Below are positions 22,881 to 41,463 of a DNA stretch of 64,000 nt, piece after piece. The stretch lies in assembly GCA_002104945.1 (NCBI GenBank), contig MCFH01000010.1:496001-560000 (forward strand), in the 5' to 3' direction. Made by a program: the position numbers and the translations under genes. How positions within the stretch are numbered: the stretch's first letter is position 1; every line of letters begins with the position of its first letter. This DNA is from Piromyces finnis finn. Taxonomy: Eukaryota > Fungi > Neocallimastigomycota. The notes under the pieces were generated by a model. The model had not been told where the DNA came from and did no database searches. It saw only the letters and a list, made by a program, of their open reading frames with translations.

Positions 22881-23781
22881 ATGACAGCAGAAAAATTCGT
22901 AATTGGTGTTTTAGGTATATTCTATATTATTGTCATATATATTTTATTTTATAAAAAAAGAAAAAAGGAAAAGTTTTAAAATTAATATAAAATTAATAAT
23001 ACAGAATTTAATAATTCCACATAACTCAAATATAATTATTCCATTGTTACTTTCAATCGTATTAATATTATTTAAATATAGCCTTACAAGGTGCTTTCCT
23101 TGAACATAAAAATTTATTATATCGTTTAGAGGATGTTAAAGAAGTTCGTGAAATTAGAAAACCAGAACAATTAGAAGGTATTGACGCATTAATTATTCCA
23201 GGTGGTGAATCAACCACAATGGCTTTAGTTGCTGAATCCTCTGGTTTAATGGAACCATTAAAAGATTTAGTTAAAGTTAAAAAAATACCAGTTTGGGTAT
23301 GTAAAAATAAAATAAAATTAAATAAATTATTTAATTTATATAACGCTATTTTAAGGTAGTATTAAAAATTTATTAATATATACACGTTATCATTCGTATA
23401 ATAAAGGGTACTTGCGCTGGATTAATTTTCCTTTCTGAACAAGCTGAAAAAGTTAAGAAGGGTGGTCAAAAACTTATTGGTGGACTTCATATTAAAACCC
23501 AAAGAAATGCTTTTGGTTCTCAAATTGATTCTTTTGTTGATGACTTAGATATTCCAGTTATTGGTGATAAAAAGTTTAAAGGTATTTTCATTAGAGCTCC
23601 AATAATAGAATCTGTTGCTGATGATGTCACTGTTTTATGTAGACTTAAGAGTGGTTCAATTGTTGCCGTTCAACAAGAAAACATAATTGCTACTGCTTTC
23701 CACCCAGAATTAACAAATGATCCAAGTTTCCATGAATACTTTATTAAACATATAAAAGAAAGAAAAGCTCTTGCTCAATAA
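22881..23781 (+). CDS. PDX2: Pyridoxal 5'-phosphate synthase glutaminase subunit (Pdx2/Sno1), 3 exons
   Basis: [20 protein letters not shown], catalytic WGTCAGLI, RNAFGSQ, FIRAP and FHPELT. Confidence 0.96.
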
Positions 23782-24268
23782 ATATAAATATAATATTATA
23801 AAGAAACTCAATAATAATTTAAACCATATATTTAACTTTACCCTAAACAAACCATATTCATATGTAATAAATATAATGACAAAACTAATTTAAAATATTA
23901 AATACAAAAATAAAAAATAAGAAAGAAAAAAAATCAACAATTCTAATAGAATATAATATAATAGAAAATATTAAAAATGCATATATATATATAATAAACT
24001 TAAACTTTTTTCATTAAATTAAAATATCTTTACAAAATAAAAAGTCTTTAATAATAAAAAAAAATTTAAAATAATTATTTATTTAAGAAAAAACTTTTGT
24101 AATTATATATAACTAATTACATAAGAAAGTTCAAATAATATAGAAATAAAAAAGAAATAATATGTATTTTTTTTTTTTTTTTTTTTTAATAATTTATTAT
24201 TATTATTATTATGAAAAATAGTAATGTATTAAATTATATTCAATAGTATAATATCTACTAAGTATTTT

Positions 24269-24300
<32 letters not shown>

Positions 24301-24431
24301 GAATGTTTAGTGTATAAAATAAATATTCTATTTAAAATACGAAAACTAACATCAATGTTATCTATTTTTATTAATTAAAATTTTATATATAATAAATGAA
24401 TTTCATATCAATATTTGATATTAAATTAAAT

Positions 24432-26676
24432 TTATTCCATTTCGACATCTTCCTTATCTTCTAAAGTTAATTCATCTAATAATTCTTCTAATTGAATTTC
24501 TGGGAAGTCTTCTTCAGCTTCAGATTCATCAAGCATTTCATCGTCTTGTGGTTGTTCTGGATGGTTATTTGGATCTAATTTTAGAGAATAAATGGTTAAT
24601 ATATTAATTCTTTTCAATATTTTAAATAAATTAATACATACTCTTATAAAGATTAATCATTCCTCTTAATTCTGGATCTTCTTCGATATCTCTTAAGAAT
24701 AATTCATAATCTTGTTCAGCCTTAGCAACTTCAGCCTTAGTCTTTTCACCATTGTTTTCTTCTTCCATAGCAAGTTCCTTCAACTTCCAGTTACGAGCTC
24801 TATTTCTTCTTCTACGGCTTGGGTATGATTTCTTAACTAATACAACATCTGGTACACTATTAGATCTACAGTAATCTTCGAAAATTTGATTGTTAAAGTT
24901 GGAATGAGCTAAGTTATAACTATTATATTTAAAAAAAAAAAATAATAATATTTAGTATAAATTTTTATTTCATTTATAATAATAATTAAGAAGAAAAGAT
25001 AAATATATACCCAAAAGCATGATCACCAGCCTTTAAAACATTACCAAGATGAGTTCTTGCTATGAAAGTGTTTGAAAAGTCATTTGATAAGCAGACTTCA
25101 ACAGTAATTTGTTGATATTTACCAACTCTTGGTCCGTATTCTATTACATCAATAATATAATATTCAACTAAATCTTGATAACTACAAAGAGCTTCAAATT
25201 GACTGTATTTACTTTCCCAATAAGTTTGTGGTCTAATTTCGGCAACTATAAAAATATAAAGATTAATTATTATTTACATGCAAAAAAAAAAAAAAAAAAA
25301 ATCCAATCCTTTATAAAGCTTCTTAATTAAATATAGCTTACTTTTCATAGTATTTGGATCAATAACTTGAATGGTGTTACTGATTCTACTACAAATACAT
25401 AATTGATTAATCATAGATGAATTATGAGCAATCTTTCTTGGAAGACATAATAAATCATCTTTACATATTGGAATAAGTTCACAAGAATAGGTAAATTTAT
25501 AACTTTTACTACCAGTGTGAATATCTGCAGATAATAATTGTTCTGAGGTCTTAACTCTATATAATATTAACATAGTCATTTATTGTTAAGGATATTAATA
25601 TTTTATTATATTATTATATAATTATGCGTATTTTATTCTTTAGTTCCTTTTACCTTATTGGGGTAATGCTTTGTAAAAATTCAACCATTTTAATTGCATG
25701 AGCACGTTGTGAATAATAGAAATCAATACCATCCTTTGCTTCTTTAATATTATTAGCATCTCTTTGAGCATTATGTTTTAAAATAACTTGTTCTAAGAAT
25801 AAGAAAGTTCTCTTATGATTGACCTTTTGTCTAACTTGAACACATGCCTTCCAAGTATTTTTAGCAGCAGCATCAGTACAATCTTCACAAATTTGATTAC
25901 AAACTAAGAAAGTAACAACAAATACTTGTTGAAGAATAGTATTGGCAAAAACCTTTTTGTTAATTTAAAGGAGAAAAAGTTATTTATATATAAAATAAAA
26001 TACTTAATTAATATATAATTATAATATAATAATAACATATTTATTTATTATGAATAAATAAATATAAAAGTTTAATACTGAAAAAGAAAAAAAAAATAAT
26101 TTTATTTTAAAACATTATATTAAATCATTTTCTCTCCAATAAACTAATTATTATAATTTATAATATAATCCAATCCAAGTAATAAATATGATGATATTTA
26201 CTTCTTTTTGAATAGTTAATTGAAGCTTAATACGCTTAGAGTGAGGTTCGGTGTAAAGAAATTGAGCATTGATTAATCTAACTTTACTTAAACCCTTTAA
26301 ACGCTTTAAACATAAAGCTAATAATTCTCTGGATTCTAATTCACAGTAAACCCATAAATTTGGTGGTTGAAGATAACGTTCACATGAACGACAGAAATTT
26401 AATGTACATTGTTTTGGGATTCCTTCAGTAATATCGACTTCATTTCTAATACAATCAATACACATATTTGCTGGATTTGGTGTAATTGGTACACCACAAT
26501 TACAACAAAGACTATAAAATAAATATATATATAATTATATTTTCATTATTAGTAATACATATTGAATATTACTATATGTTATATAATAACTACAATAATT
26601 CGAATAATTAATATTTTGTTATTTATTATTACATTGTTTGATTTGTAATAGTTGGATTATAATGTTGGTATTCCAT
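24432..26676 (-). CDS. NMD3: 60S ribosomal export adaptor Nmd3, multi-exon
   Basis: LCCNCGVPITPNPANMCIDCIR, FCRSCERYLQPP, TEPHSKRIK, CELIPICKDDLLCLP, acidic NES tail LEELLDELTL. Confidence 0.96.
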
Positions 26677-27288
26677 TGTTAATTATATTTTTTAAAAAAG
26701 AATTATATAATAAATAAATATATATATATATAGCAATAGAGGAATAAGGGGGAAAGAAAATAAGAAGAATTGATTTCAACGCTTAAATAAATAAGTAAAA
26801 CAAATTTCTAAAACAATTTATTCCTCTTATTTATAAAGTGTAAATTATAAAATTTGAACTTTTTTCTGTAAATCTTTTTAAAATTTAAAAAAAAAATTTA
26901 AAAAAAGTTATATTTTATTGGAGTTATTTTATCCAATCATATATTGTTTTTTTATATTAATAAATACTTTTTAATATATTGAAAATTAATTATGATATTA
27001 CTTAACCATAAATAAAATTTAAAATAATTTTATTATTATTTTTTAACTTTCATTAAAATTTATTAATAATTGATTTATTAATAAATGGATATATTATTAA
27101 GTTTACAATTTTTATTAATAATGAACTATTAATAATAAGTGGTATTTCTGTGGAAAAAGAAAAATATAAATTTGTTTATAAACATAAAAATATTTATGTA
27201 AAATTAAAAAAATGAATGAATTAATTTATGTAGATTGAAAAATATAGAAATTAATTAATATGAAGATAATAATTATAGTAATAACAGC

Positions 27289-28036
27289 TTAATGTTTAGG
27301 TTCTGTTGCTTCAATCATTTCTTTAACTTTTCCATTTCCATCATCAATAAGACAATTATTCTTCCATGCATTACATTTTAAACCAATTTCTTTATTTCTA
27401 TTGTACTCTCTTTTGATATCTTCTTCTCCGCCCTTCCAATCTTTATACAATTTAAGATTTTGTCTTCCAATTAAATGAATTGTTTTAATACGAAGATCGT
27501 TTCCTGACTTTGAATTAAAAATTAATAATTAATAATTTTAAATGATAAAAATAAATGTGGTTTTTAAAATTATATAACTAAAATATTATATTAACTTACC
27601 CACTTTGGTAATAAACTTTCTGAAATTTCACGGAAATGACCAATTCCATATTTTTCAATACCTTTGATTAATAAATTACGTTCTATAGAAGTCCATTTCC
27701 TTACTTCATTAGTTTTTAATACAGTACCTTTTGATAATCGAAAATATCTTTAAAATATTAAATTTCAAAATTTATATACGTTAGGAAATATTTATAAAAT
27801 GAGAAAAAAAAACATATAAATAAAATAATTGTTTGTTGCATAATTTTAAAGATAAATAATAGTTATAAATTTAATTACTCTTGATTTAATGTTCCATCTT
27901 CTAATATAAGATTTTTAGTATTCTCAAATTCTTTTCTAACACAAAACTTTTTTCTCATTTCTTTAACCCATTCATGTTTTTTATTTAATTCTTCTTTGAT
28001 TTTATTTTCTTGTGCTAAATCCTTTTCTACTACCAT
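27289..28036 (-). CDS. Small single-repeat Myb/SANT-domain protein, 3 coding exons
   Basis: Spliced peptide ...EDGTLNQEYFR...KWTSIERNLLIKGIEKYGIGHFREISESLLPKWSGNDLRIKTIHLIGRQNL...WKG. The start codon is uncertain (possible upstream exon). Confidence 0.7.
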
Positions 28037-28965
28037 CGTACTTAAATCACTATTATAATATTATAAAGTATTTATATAAAATAAAGAATAAAAAAGCTGA
28101 TATATAATTTTTTTTATTCATATATATTACATAAAAATCTTTTAATTAATAATTAATATTTATTATATATTTAATGTATACATTAAAAAAAATATTGAAA
28201 ATAGTTTACATTAAACAATTTAATATTTTTAAATAGTTATTAAAGTTAATTTAAACTTTGTTTTTGTATATATAGATTTTAATATTTTCTATATATTCCA
28301 ATTAATCAAATATGAATCTTATATTTTATCTATTTTCTTGGTATTTTTTTTTTATTTTTTAAATGAACAAAAAAAAAAAAAGAAATTTAAATAAAATATC
28401 GAAAATCTATTAAACTCTATAAAATAAATTAAATAAAATATAAAAAATAAAATATAAAAAATAAAATAAAAAAAGAAAGAAAGAAAATAAATAAAGAAAA
28501 GAATAACGATAAGAAAAGAAAGTGATTATAAATAAAATTAAATTCCGATGTTAAATTAAAATAAAATTTCTCTTTTTAAATTAATAAAAGCAAAATTAAA
28601 ATACTGAATATCAAAATTTAATAAAATAGAATATACAAAAACAAAAATAAAGAAAGCAATAAATTAAATCAAAGTATAAGTTTGAAAATTAAGAGTATAT
28701 TTTCAATATTAAATTTAACTCGATAATTCAATTCTAGAAATTTAATTTCAAATTTGAAAATTTGGAATTATATTCTTTTCCATTGATTTAATTAAAAACA
28801 TACAGAAGAAGAGAATAATATAAAAAAAATAAAATAAAATGAAATGATAAAAATGTAATATAATATGAATATAATTTAAGTATATAAAATCAAACTCTAA
28901 ATTTTTATTTAATACATTATTAAAAACAGATTCTTCAAATAATATTATAAAATAAAAATACAACA

Positions 28966-29037
<72 letters not shown>

Positions 29038-29068
29038 CGAAATAACAATAGAAAAAATAATAATAAAA

Positions 29069-30090
29069 ATGTCTGTAAGTTCATATAAAAGCCTTGAAGA
29101 AGGTATATATAAACCAACTCTATATGATAAGATTTTTCGAAATACTAGAGTAGTAAGTAATTAAATTTTTATAATATTGAGTAATATTTTCTGTAATATA
29201 TTAATTATTTAAAAATAATTTTTAAACATTAAATAATAAGGATAGATTTATAGATCACATTATAATATGTAAGTAATATATATATAATAAATTCATAAAT
29301 ATATATGTATACACACTGAATAATTATTAAAATATTAATATATATAATATATTTCAAAAAAAAAAAAAAGTTCTTGTGCTTGTTTTTGTAACGGTAAATG
29401 TTTATTCTTAAAATTTATATTATTATTATAATAATGATAATGGTAATAATAAATTAATAAATTTATTAGGGGACTTTTATATTTTTAATAATTGAAGGAA
29501 TAAGGCAAAGAATTGTATATATTTTTATAGGTTTGTTTAAGATTTTTAAAAATTATAATATAAAATATTATATTAAAATATAAATTAATATATGTTTTTA
29601 AATATAGCCTTATGTTTGTTTGCTTATATGTATTGTGAAATTAAGCTAGTATGTCTTTCCATAATTTTTAAAATATAATATTAAATTTTAAGAAATTATA
29701 TATTAATTTTTTTATTCTATATAATAATTAATATAAAACGGTGTAAATAGGTGAAGGTAATAATTTATCAAATAAATTAACAACAAATAAAATTTGAAAA
29801 TCTTTATTAAATATATATTCTATATACACTATATAATATATTATATTATATATTGAATAATATATATAAATATTAATTCATAAATTAATATTAAAAGTAT
29901 TATAGAAAAGGAGAATTAGTAAGTATATCAATATAATTTATATTGTCTATAATAAATATTAATTCTAATATTAATATTAATATTGAATTTTTACAAGGAA
30001 TCAAAATTTAAAAAACTGATATTAGGATTAGGATTTTCAATAGTACTTCAATGTGCTATATCAATATGTGTAATAGAATTCCACGTTTAA
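29069..30090 (+). CDS. TMEM243: TMEM243/DUF2678-like small membrane protein, 8 exons, 118 aa (absent from the ORF track)
   Basis: Exons 29069-29152, 29241-29268, 29371-29393, 29470-29530, 29608-29648, 29751-29756, 29898-29918 and 29998-30090 (all GT-AG) total 357 nt in frame. Protein ...DRFIDHIII...YYRKGELESKFKKLILGLGFSI resembles, from memory, TMEM243 DRIINLVV...WYRQGDLEPKFRKLIYYIIFSI. Confidence 0.7.
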
Positions 30091-30167
30091 AAAATTTGGA
30101 AATCAATTATAGATTTATCGAATAATATTAAGTATTTTCACTGAAAGAATTTAATCATAGATATAGA

Positions 30168-30205
<38 letters not shown>

Positions 30206-30616
30206 CATTTATTTAATAGATTGATTATTACTATAAAAAAATATACCAAAATCTATTAAATATATTCTTTCAATAAATTTCTTTTTATCATTTAAAAAAA
30301 AAATGTTTAAAAATTTTTGAATATTGTAATTTATATATTTTTAATAATTAAATTTAAAAATAAAAAAGTAAATATAAAAGCAGTTAAAATATTTCATTTT
30401 TTAAAATACAATATGTAAAATATTATTAATTTTATAACGCTATAAATTTTAAAATATAATCATTTATAATGTTTTCTCTATTTTAAATTTTTTATTTTTT
30501 ATTTTTATATATATTATCTTTTTTTATCTATTAATCTAAAAGATTATCATTTTTACTTTTATATTTTAATATATTTAAATAATACATTAGTAATATTTTC
30601 TATGTGTTTATTTTAT

Positions 30617-31132
30617 TTATAATAAAAGAGCTAATAAAGCATTAGCAATTAATAAAGCTGCACAAATTTTTGTAGTTTCAGCACCATCATTGTAATCTTC
30701 ACTTGTTAAAGTACTTTGAGAAGTACTTGTACTTGAACCTTGATTTTGGTTAGTACCATTTGGAGTGTTATCGGAATTTAAAGGAATATCGGTTTTACCT
30801 TCAGTAATTTCATTGTAAACATTAGCTGGAATACTTTTTGGATCTAAACCAGCAGAAGCACATTGACTATTAGTATCGGCTTCAAGTTGTTGCTTAGCTG
30901 TTTGAATAGTTGGTTCATCTGGGCAATAATCGTAACAATCATCAATTAAAGTATCATATACACAATTACACTTAAAAATTTCACTTTGTTTAGTTGCACA
31001 GAAGGTATCACGAGCATCAGTTCTAATTCTTACACAATCATTCATAGTTTTTAAAATGTCTTCTGGACATTCTGCCTTGGCACTAGCAAGGAATGTAATA
31101 GCAAAAATAGCATATAATAAGAAGGATTTCAT
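30617..31132 (-). CDS. Secreted GPI-anchored 8-cysteine (CFEM-like) surface protein, 171 aa
   Basis: Signal peptide MKSFLLYAIFAITFLASAKA; 8 Cys including CxC and CxxxC; S/T-rich stalk; omega-site region followed by a hydrophobic tail (GAETTKICAALLIANALLALLL). Confidence 0.75.
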   Translation of the reverse strand: MKSFLLYAIFAITFLASAKAECPEDILKTMNDCVRIRTDARDTFCATKQSEIFKCNCVYDTLIDDCYDYCPDEPTIQTAKQQLEADTNSQCASAGLDPKSIPANVYNEITEGKTDIPLNSDNTPNGTNQNQGSSTSTSQSTLTSEDYNDGAETTKICAALLIANALLALLL

Positions 31133-31949
31133 TTTTGATTTCTTTTTTTTATATAGTTTTTTTTTCTATTATTATTTTTTAATAGATAAAGAATTTAAAA
31201 AAAAAAAAAAAAAAAAAAAAATATTTATATTAAAAATTTGAATTAAAATGATATATTATAATATAATAAAATATTAATATATAATTAAAATAATTAAAAT
31301 AATTAACAAATAATTAAAGTAATATTACACAAAATACCATATGAAATAACTTAAATAATATATTTTAATTATTATAAGGTTTATTTAATTTCTATCATAA
31401 AATAAAATAAAAAAATTATTTTTAATTATTGTTAATTAAAGGATTAATTCTCTTCTTAATTATTATTATTATTATTATTAGGATAATGAAAACCTTTTTT
31501 TCAATAAATAATTAAGAACTATAATTCAAAATCAAAAAAAATGTAAATATATATATATTTAACATTTTTATTAAATTATAATTTATAATTATAATTTATA
31601 TTAAATACAGTTTTTTTAAAATATTGCTTGCTTTTTAGCATTATTATTATAATATATTGAATTTATAAATACATTATTTATAATTATTTGTTCTACGCCA
31701 TAAAGTTTTAAATTATTAAATTCTTAATTACATTATAAAATCTTTATATTTCAAGCCATAAAACATAATTTATTTTATTTTCTCCTATTTCTTCCAAAAT
31801 AGGAGGTGTGTGTTTGATGTATAAAAAAATAATTTTATAATTGATTTTCCTTTAATACATTATAATATTTACTTATTATTGTATTTACACTTTTATATTT
31901 ATTATATTATTTTTACATTTTTTTTATTTTTATTAATTAAAATAAAATT

Positions 31950-37166
<5,217 letters not shown>

Positions 37167-38338
37167 CTTTTTTTTTTTTATAAAGTAGTAGTTTATGTTA
37201 TTATTCATTTTTCTATTGATGATCCTAAATTTTTAAATATATCAAATCTTAATAAACATAAATTTTGATTATGAAAATTAAAATATTAAACATATTTAAT
37301 ATTAAATATAATTTTATATGTATTAAATAAACTTTATGCATCTAAGAAAAAAAAAACTTTTAACAATCTACAATAGTTACTTTTAAATAAAATGTTAAAA
37401 AAAATTTCAATAAATTTGAGCAAAAATTTTTAATTTTTCCTTTCTTGGAAATTTAATTATTGTTAATGTAAACTAATATTAATTATTTAAAATTTATTTA
37501 AAATTAAGGATATTATAAAGCTATTTTAAAATGAATGATTATTATAGTTTTTTTTTTTTTTTTTTTCATCAAAACAGTAAATTTTTTAATACAAAAATAA
37601 ATAAGATATTAATGATATATAATGACATTTATTTTGAATATTGAATAATTTTTATTATGAGTTTTTCAAAATTGTTAAAAAAGTTTAATTAACTAATTTT
37701 AAATTTTAAATATAAGAATTTTATATAAACAATAATATAAATATAAAAATTTTATTATTGTGTACCATGGTTTCTTTTTTTTTTTTAACTAATTAAATAA
37801 AGAAATAATTGAAATTTTTTTATGTTTTTTTTTAAAATTTCAATTTTAATCATATATTTAAATTGAAATAACTAAATATTATAAGCATATATAATAAAAG
37901 TATCTTTCAATATTTTTTTTTAGCATTTTTAGCAATTCCTTAATAAAATAATAAATCTCTTTTTTTTTGTCTCTATTTCAATTTTAACATAATATTGATT
38001 TACTATTAAACTTTATTATTAATCAAATTATTTATTAAACTTTATTATTAACATTCTTTAAATTAAAAATGATATTAAAATCAAATAATTTTTAATATAA
38101 AATGAAAATTTATTGTATATTAAAAGTTATTGTTTTTTAAATCAATGATATATTAATAATAGATTGTGTATATATTATATACTTATGTGATTGAATAATA
38201 AGTAAGCCACTAAAATTTACTTCATTATATCTTTTATATTTTAAAAAAAATATATAAAAAAGGAATTCGATATTTTTCATTGAAGTTTTTGAAATTTAAA
38301 TTTTAGAAATTTAATTAATTTAATATAGAAATAACAGA

Positions 38339-40978
38339 ATGGGTAAAAAACCATTTATTGATAAGAAAAATGCTAGATACTATGAAGTTGTTCACAGATC
38401 TCAAAGAGATCCTTTATTAGCTGATGAAAATGCTTCAAAATTTGTTTTAAAGCAAACATGCCCAAGTATTAATCTTCTTAAAGTAAATTTTATAAAATAT
38501 TTTATAATTATGAATATAATTGTATATTTATGAAAAGAAAAGAGTAGTCAATTATCTATTAAACAAAAATGTTTTATCAATATAAAATAAAAAAAATGAT
38601 TTATTTTATAAAATTATTTATCGGTTGGTTATAAAGAAATGAATTATAAAAATAATGAAATGAAATTTTGTCCCTTTAAATTGGAGATTACAACACTATA
38701 AATATTTGAATAAAAATTTATAGGAAAAAATAATTAAATAATCATTAGTCGTAAATAATTTAAATAAAAAGGCAATAATTAATATTTAACATTTAAAAAT
38801 TTAGTAAATAACAATTTATTTGAAAAGAATATTTTACATTATAAAATTTTTTGTTTAAACTTTATAATTCAATAACTTTATATTAATTAAAATCATTAAA
38901 TATTAATGGAAATATATATAGAAAGGAAAATATATGTTAAGACCAGAAGATGATGAAATTGGTTATGTTGAAGATTTCCCAGAAAATGACGCTAACTATG
39001 ATTATGAAAGTGTTGATGAAGAATTTTCTGAAAATGATATTTTTGATGTTAGTACTGATGATGAAGAAAATAAATTAACTGATGCTAAGGGAAATACCAT
39101 TAAACGGTAATTTATAAATATCAATATAATGGAATATATATATATTTAAATTCAAATGATATTAATTAATTTCCAATATAAATATTAAATATAAAGTGAA
39201 GCTGGTGTTGCTGCTTTGTATGGTATTGATTTTGATGATACAAAATATGATTATATGCAACATTTAAAGGTAATCGGTGAAGATCCAACTGCTGTATTTA
39301 TTCCATCAAAAGAAGAAGAAAAAAAAGAAGCTAAAGCAAAGAAGGGAATTAAATTCCTTGTAAATATTCATAAAGAAATAAATTAAAATTATTTAAGAAA
39401 TATTTATAAACGGAATATGATAATTAACATGGTATTTATATAATAGGATGAATCTATCGATCTTGATGAAAAGCCAACTCAAAAGAAAAAGGTTACTTTC
39501 CAATTACCAGAAGAAGCTTTACCATCAAAATATGAAGAAGAAGTTGGTTTAATGAACAGAGAAGATTCTGATAGTAAGTTTAAATATATAAAAAATATAT
39601 GATATATAATGAATATGGAATTAAAATAATTAACAATTTCTATTTTAAAAGTTTTAACTGCCAATCCATATGTCAGAGAAGTCTTATACTCTTTAGATGA
39701 TCCAACAACAATTGATGATGATATGGAAGATGATTTCATTTTACAATTAAATGCTGCCCCAGCAGAAGGTGAAGAAGAATTTGATATGGAAAAAGCTATG
39801 TATGGTTTAGATGACGAATCAGAAGATGATGAAGATGATGAATGGGCTGCTGTTAGAAAGTAATACTCAATATTAAAAATTAAAGTGATTTTATAAATAT
39901 TAATTATAAATATAATTTTACATATTCAATTAAAGATTCAAGAAAGAACAAAAGAAAGAAGAATTCTATAATGATGATGATGATGATGAATTTGAAGATC
40001 GTCGTACTGCTTTAACAGGATTCTCCATGAGTTCTTCAGCTATGTTCCGTAACAAGCATTTAACATTATTAGATGATAGATTTGAAAGAGTTATTAATCA
40101 ATATGATGATGATAATATTGGTGAATTAGATCCAGAAGCACCAAATGTTCGTGGTAATATTGATGATACTGCTCTCCCAGAACATTATGATAAGTTATTT
40201 GATGAATTTTTGGATAGTAAAGATGTATTAGGTAAAAAGGTAATAGAAAAATTTGCTGGTGGTGTACCAGAAGATCAAATAGCAGAATTACGTGAAGAAC
40301 TTAAAGCTGATGGTTTTGATATTTTAAAATATGAACAAGAAGAAAGTAAAAAGAAGGAAAAGGTACAAATGATTGAAAGAGAATTATCAAAGAATGAAAA
40401 GCGTGAAAAGAATAATTGGGATTGTGAAACTATTATTAGTAAGTTTTATTATTATCTATCTAAATAAATTTTCTAATTAAATCAAAAATTAAGCAAAATA
40501 AATAACCTTCAATTTTTTATAACTAATTTTATTTATATTTATAGCAACATATACAAATATCTATAATCACCCAAAAATGATTAAGGATGATACTGTTAAA
40601 AAAATTCATGTAACTAGAAAAGGTTTACCTATTGTAGAAAAAGAAGTTTCAGATGAAGAAGAAGAAGAAGAAGAAGAAGAATATGAAGTAAGAGTAAATA
40701 AGGGTGTAGCTCGTAACAGAAATGAAACAAAAGAAGAAAAGAAAGCAAGAAAAGAAATGATTAAGAATGCTAAAAAGGTAATAATAATAGAAACGATAAT
40801 TTATAGTAAATATTATAAATATACAATAAAAATATATATTAATCTAAATAATTTTAAAAAATAGGAACGTCGTGAAGCAAAGAAGGCCACTAAGAAGGCA
40901 TTTAAGAAAGAACATATGAAACAAGAAAAGATTCAAAAGAGAAAAGAAATGCAAGAACGTACTATGAAGATTGAATAA
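38339..40978 (+). CDS. LTV1: 40S ribosome biogenesis/export factor Ltv1, multi-exon
   Basis: MGKKPFIDKKNARYYEVVHRSQRDPL, YGIDFDDTKYDYMQHLK, FSMSSSAMFRNKHLTLLDDRFE, WDCETIISTYTNIYNHP, NETKEEKKARK. Confidence 0.95.
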
Positions 40979-41432
40979 GTAGACATTTTATGCCTAAAAG
41001 TGAAAAGGAAGAAACAATTTTTATAAAATAGGGATATTTGTATATAAACTATGCATTATTATTTATTTAAAACTAGAGAATCAATACATTTTTTTTTTTA
41101 ATTCATTCATCAAAAATCATTTAATTTATATTTTATTTATTAGAATTTATTACAACAGAGAGAAATAAAATAAAAAAAAATATATTATTTATAATTATAG
41201 TTTAATATATATATATTTTTTACGCATTCAGTATTTCACTTAGCAAAAAAAAAAAAAAAAAAAAATCTAAATTTATATATATATATTTTTCATCTTTATT
41301 TTTTTCTTTTATCATACCATAAAATATTTTTATATTCTCAAAAAAAAAAAAAAAAAAAAAAAAAACTTATTTTAATACTAATATACTAATACTACTAATA
41401 CTAATAAATAATACTAATACTAATATAAAGAA

Positions 41433-41463
<31 letters not shown>

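Noticed and set aside
25586-25596. ATATCCTTAAC (U12-type splice or branch motif) in an NMD3 intron
   Set aside because: The intron donor is GTAAAA and the acceptor is TAG, i.e. an ordinary U2-type intron.
31782-31805. Perfect 9-bp hairpin CTCCTATTT-cttcca-AAATAGGAG between the CFEM-like and GPCR genes
   Set aside because: Isolated and short with no supporting context; plausible by chance in AT-rich DNA.
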